DNA of 64,000 nucleotides from Curvularia clavata (Eukaryota): NCBI GenBank assembly GCA_023920165.1, contig CP089275.1, positions 5,642,001 to 5,706,000 of the forward strand, read 5' to 3'. Shown piece by piece: positions 59,917 to 64,000 of this stretch (position 1 is its first letter; each line of letters starts with the position of its first letter). The notes under the pieces were generated by a model. It saw only the letters and a program-made list of their open reading frames with translations, ran no database searches and was not told where the DNA came from. The position numbers and the translations under genes were made by a program.

Positions 59917-61673
59917 TTACAAAGTATATCTAAAACCCGGCGCAAGCACCAAAATCCCTCCAGGTTTACTCTGGACAATATCCTCGCCGGCTTTCGGGTC
60001 CCGATTCATTTCCTCGTGCGAAGCCTGCTCAATAGCACTGAGCTTGGCGTTCTCACGTTTGAGACAGAAACGCAGCACCGTTGCGGTGACCATGCAGACA
60101 ACTACGAATCCGGTGTTGGCTGCCATGGCGGGGATGTAACGTGGCCCGTAAAGACTGGCGTTATACATGTATGGCGAGTAGATCTGTGCAAAATTGCCGA
60201 CCATGTTGGCAATGGCAAAAGCGGCGGCACGCTTCTCAAGTGGGCGGGGAAGCTACGCAGAAGGTGGTTGTCAGCAATGAAACTCAAGTACACGATAGCT
60301 TTTTGCTGGTAAGAGTGTGAAAGAAAACCTTCTTTGAATCCTGTTTCTTTCTTTCTTTCTTGTTCGGAAAGCGTTTGAAAATGGGTTGCAGTTTTTCAGA
60401 TAATGAGAATATAGAGACATACCGTTGATGAGATCCATGCGTAAGTAATGTCGAAGCTCCCATAGACGCCACCAAGCATAAGGAACAGAGAGAAATATCT
60501 TGGGGCCAGAGAAGTGGTGGTGGCGGCAATAATGAAACCAATCATGCCGAAAAATAGGGGTGACACGAGATGGAAATACCGCTCCTCCCGCTTATCAGAT
60601 GAGATGGAGACGCCAAGGGAGACGAAGGCGGCAAGGACATAAGGTGGAGCTGTCATCAGTAGTGATTGGGTTCTACCGTAACCGAAAGTAGCCACGAGAG
60701 TTGGGATGAAGGCGGTCACGGCGCCAGCAGACGTCTTGAGTATTGCGATAAGTGCAAGTAACCAGACTTTATAGTCCGATACGGCCATGATGAGACCCTG
60801 GAAAAGGGGACCACGCTCCTCATCGACACTACCGCTGTGAACACGTAGGCGATGAACAGCTACCGCCTTCTGTTCCTCTGTAAGCCACCGGGTTGTCGCT
60901 GGGAAGTCGGGTAAGATTGCAAGCGAGACCAGCGAGAACGCAACGGTGACAGCGCCCTCTATAACGAAGAGCCACTGCCACGAATGTAAGCCGTGGGTTC
61001 CGTCGAGGCCGTACTGCACGCCTGCGCCAACAAGACCGCCGAACGCACTTGAGAGCAAGCTGCCACAGTACACGACAGCAGTGCGTGTGGCCAGCTCGCG
61101 GGGTGTATACCAGCTGGACAAGAGGAAGAGGGCCCCGGGGAAGAATGGGGCCTCGAGGAATCCCAGAAAAAAGCGACATACGACGAGGCCTCGGAAATCC
61201 TTGACTGCTGCAGTGCAGCCAGAGACAATGCCCCAGAGAGCCATGCAAGTTGGGAGGTAGATGCTGGGGCGGACTCGTGTCAATATCAGGTTTGACGGAA
61301 TCTGCAGCGCAATGTAACCAGCGAAAAGGACCGAGATGCACGTGTTGAATTGATCGCCAACGAGTCCTAAGTCACGCTCAATGTGCTGCAGCCGAGCGTT
61401 GGGCAAAGCGTTACGGTCGAGATAACTGACTCATAATTAGCCAATGATTGATTCTCGTCTCAAAAGGCCACAATGGACGGATAGCACGTGTCCAACTTAC
61501 TTGAGCACAATCATAACAATGAGAACTGGTAGTAACCTCGAGTCAATTCGACGAACCAGCTGCTTCTCAACAGTGGCATACTCGGCTGAGTCCGTAGGCA
61601 AGTGATTTATGTGCAGAGCTACGTTGGAGACTTGCTGGGTCACACCCAGGTTAGACTCGGCGTCTTTCTCCAT
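59917..61673 (-). CDS. MFS transporter, anion:cation symporter (allantoate permease/Tna1-like) family, 3 exons
   Basis: 'LVRRIDSRLLP...YLDRNALPNARL', 'RFFLGFLEAPFFPG...SSWY', 'SWQWLFVIEG', 'LPDFP'. Introns 61426-61500 and 60253-60422. Confidence 0.9.
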
Positions 61674-63340
61674 GGTTTGGTTTCTTCTGTTCTGGGGGAA
61701 AGACCTGATGGTAAAGATCAGGAGCAGAAATCGCGAGTAGCTCGTTGCATACTCGTCGAAGAGTGGAGATCTTGGGAGGAAATCCAAGCAGATATTTATG
61801 GACGACGAGTCGAGATACCCCGCAAAAGGTATGCAACCGGGGGCGGCGAATGGATTTACTCGCGTTTCCCGTTTACATGTGGAGCCGAACGATGGCTTGC
61901 TCTACCCTCCATTTTAGCCTACGTATGAATGTGACATGGCCAGGCGTATATCCTCGGGCATGTACCGAGCTGTTGATCCATTGAATCTGGCAAGACTCGA
62001 AAAAAATAACTAATTCTGCGGATGATTATTGTAATTAGTTGCATATAATTACGCCGTGACTGCGACCTAACGACAAGCAGAAAAGCGTAGCTTTAGTCTA
62101 AGCAAGCGAATTCTACGTGCAACGCTCGGAAGTTGTCCGAGCTATCGCTTAGCGCGTATGTAATCAACAGCCATTCAGTCATGGATAGAGCGCAATGCAT
62201 TTGCGCGTGCCTTCCAGCCCGTTTAATTCGTGGATACGTCGAGAGGCTTATTCCCCTTCACCCCACATTGCTGCCGCCTCCCCTGTAGTACCTTGACATC
62301 GATCTCCACACCAAAGCTTGATTTGACTGTCTCGTGCCTCGACGGTAATATGGTAAATGCGGAGGCGGATCTGGGCTCATGCCCATAGCGTACATGGCGC
62401 TTTATTTTCTTAACTCTAGTATAGTTGCGCAGCCTCAGTCATGACTCGCCCAAGAGCGATGCTGGCAGATAAAGCCGGACGTTCTCTTATTCATACTTGG
62501 GAGTAGAAAGCTGATTCATCGTAAATCACGACGTACCAGGGGACAACGTGGGGCGATGTGGGCAAAGCGTCAGATTGTAGCCTTCTGTGATTGTGCGATG
62601 ATGGTGAGATAGCTACTGGTTGACCATCAATAACCTTCTCTGTAATCACAATGTCTAGATTGGTGACCTGCGTCCGAATTTTCCATGCACATAGGGTGTT
62701 GGCCCGAGTTGTTTTATGGTTAGAGAACCAACTTGTAGAGACCCAGATGTTCGAAAATTATATGCTGGGCCTGGAGGACACAGTTCGATCTGTCTACTGA
62801 TAGCCGGCAATTTGAGGCTATATGAGAGCGAGTCATTCCCGTTCTCACGAGGCGAAGTACACCAGCGTGGAAATTTCACTTTACATTATATCCGCCAACC
62901 GGCTTTTACGAAACAGGCAACCAAGCACGTGCTCGTTTGGAGTGGGAACCGCCTTTGTTTTCGCACTTGGCCTCGCTAGGTGGGATGGGCGAGCTCCGAA
63001 CTTCAAGCTCGATCCACAAAGCGTTTGCCATTTCGGTCAACGTCCGAACCAGCACAAGCGACCATCTCCAATTACTAGTTCCAACAAGCTGATCCTAAAA
63101 CCCGTTTTGCGCGTCTCGGAGTTCGGACATCTCCCGAAATAGCTGGGATAGTTATGCTCGGGATTGAGGGGAAGCGCTGGCGCCGTGGCTCAGAGAGATC
63201 TGTACACTGCCCCAAGCTTCGACGCACATTGTCCGTGAAGGTTCATAGATATACATTGCGCAACCCATTAGTTTACTAGGAATAATACAAGTTCAAAACA
63301 CTCAAATACAACACGGAATTCCGTAAAAGAAATAAGAATC

Positions 63341-64000
63341 ATGAATAATGCCCCACACTCAGTTGGAATCAGCATAATAGCGGGCGGCCTGGCCGGTGCA
63401 GCAGAAACCTTTGTCACAGTTGGTTGCCTCCCCTTCGTGTGACGCATATTGCAATTCTCGTATTTAGCACTAGATAAAAACTTACCATATTAACAGTATC
63501 CAGCCGAGTTTGTCAAAACCCGCCGTCAACTTGATCCATCCTCTTCCGGCCAAAAGTCCGCATCATCCTTCACCATCCTCAGATCCACACTCCAAGATTC
63601 TGGGGCAAGAGGCATATACGCCGGATGTGAAACCCTCGCGATAAGCAATGCGCTGAAAAGCGGAGTTCGCTTTTTCTCGTTCGAGACCGCGAAAAGAAAC
63701 TTGACGCCCTATTTCTCCTCTCCGACCATGACTGATGGATCTGCGGCACGGAATCCCTGGCTCAACCTCACGTCAGGACTTTGCGCTGGAGCTACAGAAA
63801 GTCTCCTCGTCGTTACACCAGGTGAGGCGTTGAAGACTAGAGTTATACACGACGCTGCATCAGGAGGCCATTTGGGACGGCTATCTGTATCGCAGCTAGT
63901 GGCGCATACAGTGCGACAAGACGGAGTGCTTTCCTTATGGAGAGGTCTTACTCCAGTGCTATGTAAGCAGGCTACGAATAGCGCTGTGCGGTTCACGACT
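63341..64000 (+). CDS. Mitochondrial carrier protein, citrate/tricarboxylate-carrier-like (partial, runs off window)
   Basis: Intron 63419-63496 gives 'IIAGGLAGAAETFVTYPAEFVKTRRQL' (PxExxKxR signature), 'KSGVRFFSFE', 'VTPGEALKTRVIHD' and 'KQATNSAVRFT'. Confidence 0.85.

Overview
A gene-dense 64 kb segment of a filamentous ascomycete nuclear genome. The short GT/GC-AG introns with CTAAC-type branch points, the RIP-mutated transposons and the gene content suggest a Pezizomycotina, probably Dothideomycete/Pleosporales-like, fungus (inference). It holds about 22 protein-coding genes, mostly housekeeping: RPC34, PHO8-like phosphatase, LEU3/LeuB-like TF, RPL34, an intronless and intein-free PRP8, PTR2, STI1, UGP1, tricalbin, and several transporters and TFs. 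Reading splice sites by hand gave three things the ORF track misses. (1) A five-exon gene at 9812-10337 for an 89-aa secreted peptide with 12 mature Cys arranged as a tandem double-knottin-like fold; all four introns are phase 1 and one is GC-AG. (2) A second, possibly decaying, three-exon Cys-rich secreted-peptide gene at 32632-32969 (-). (3) A three-tier RIP-degraded transposon nest at 25555-28764: a pogo/Fot1-type element containing a putative solo LTR, which in turn contains an internally deleted second pogo/Fot1-type element. No rRNA, tRNA or CRISPR features were recognised.
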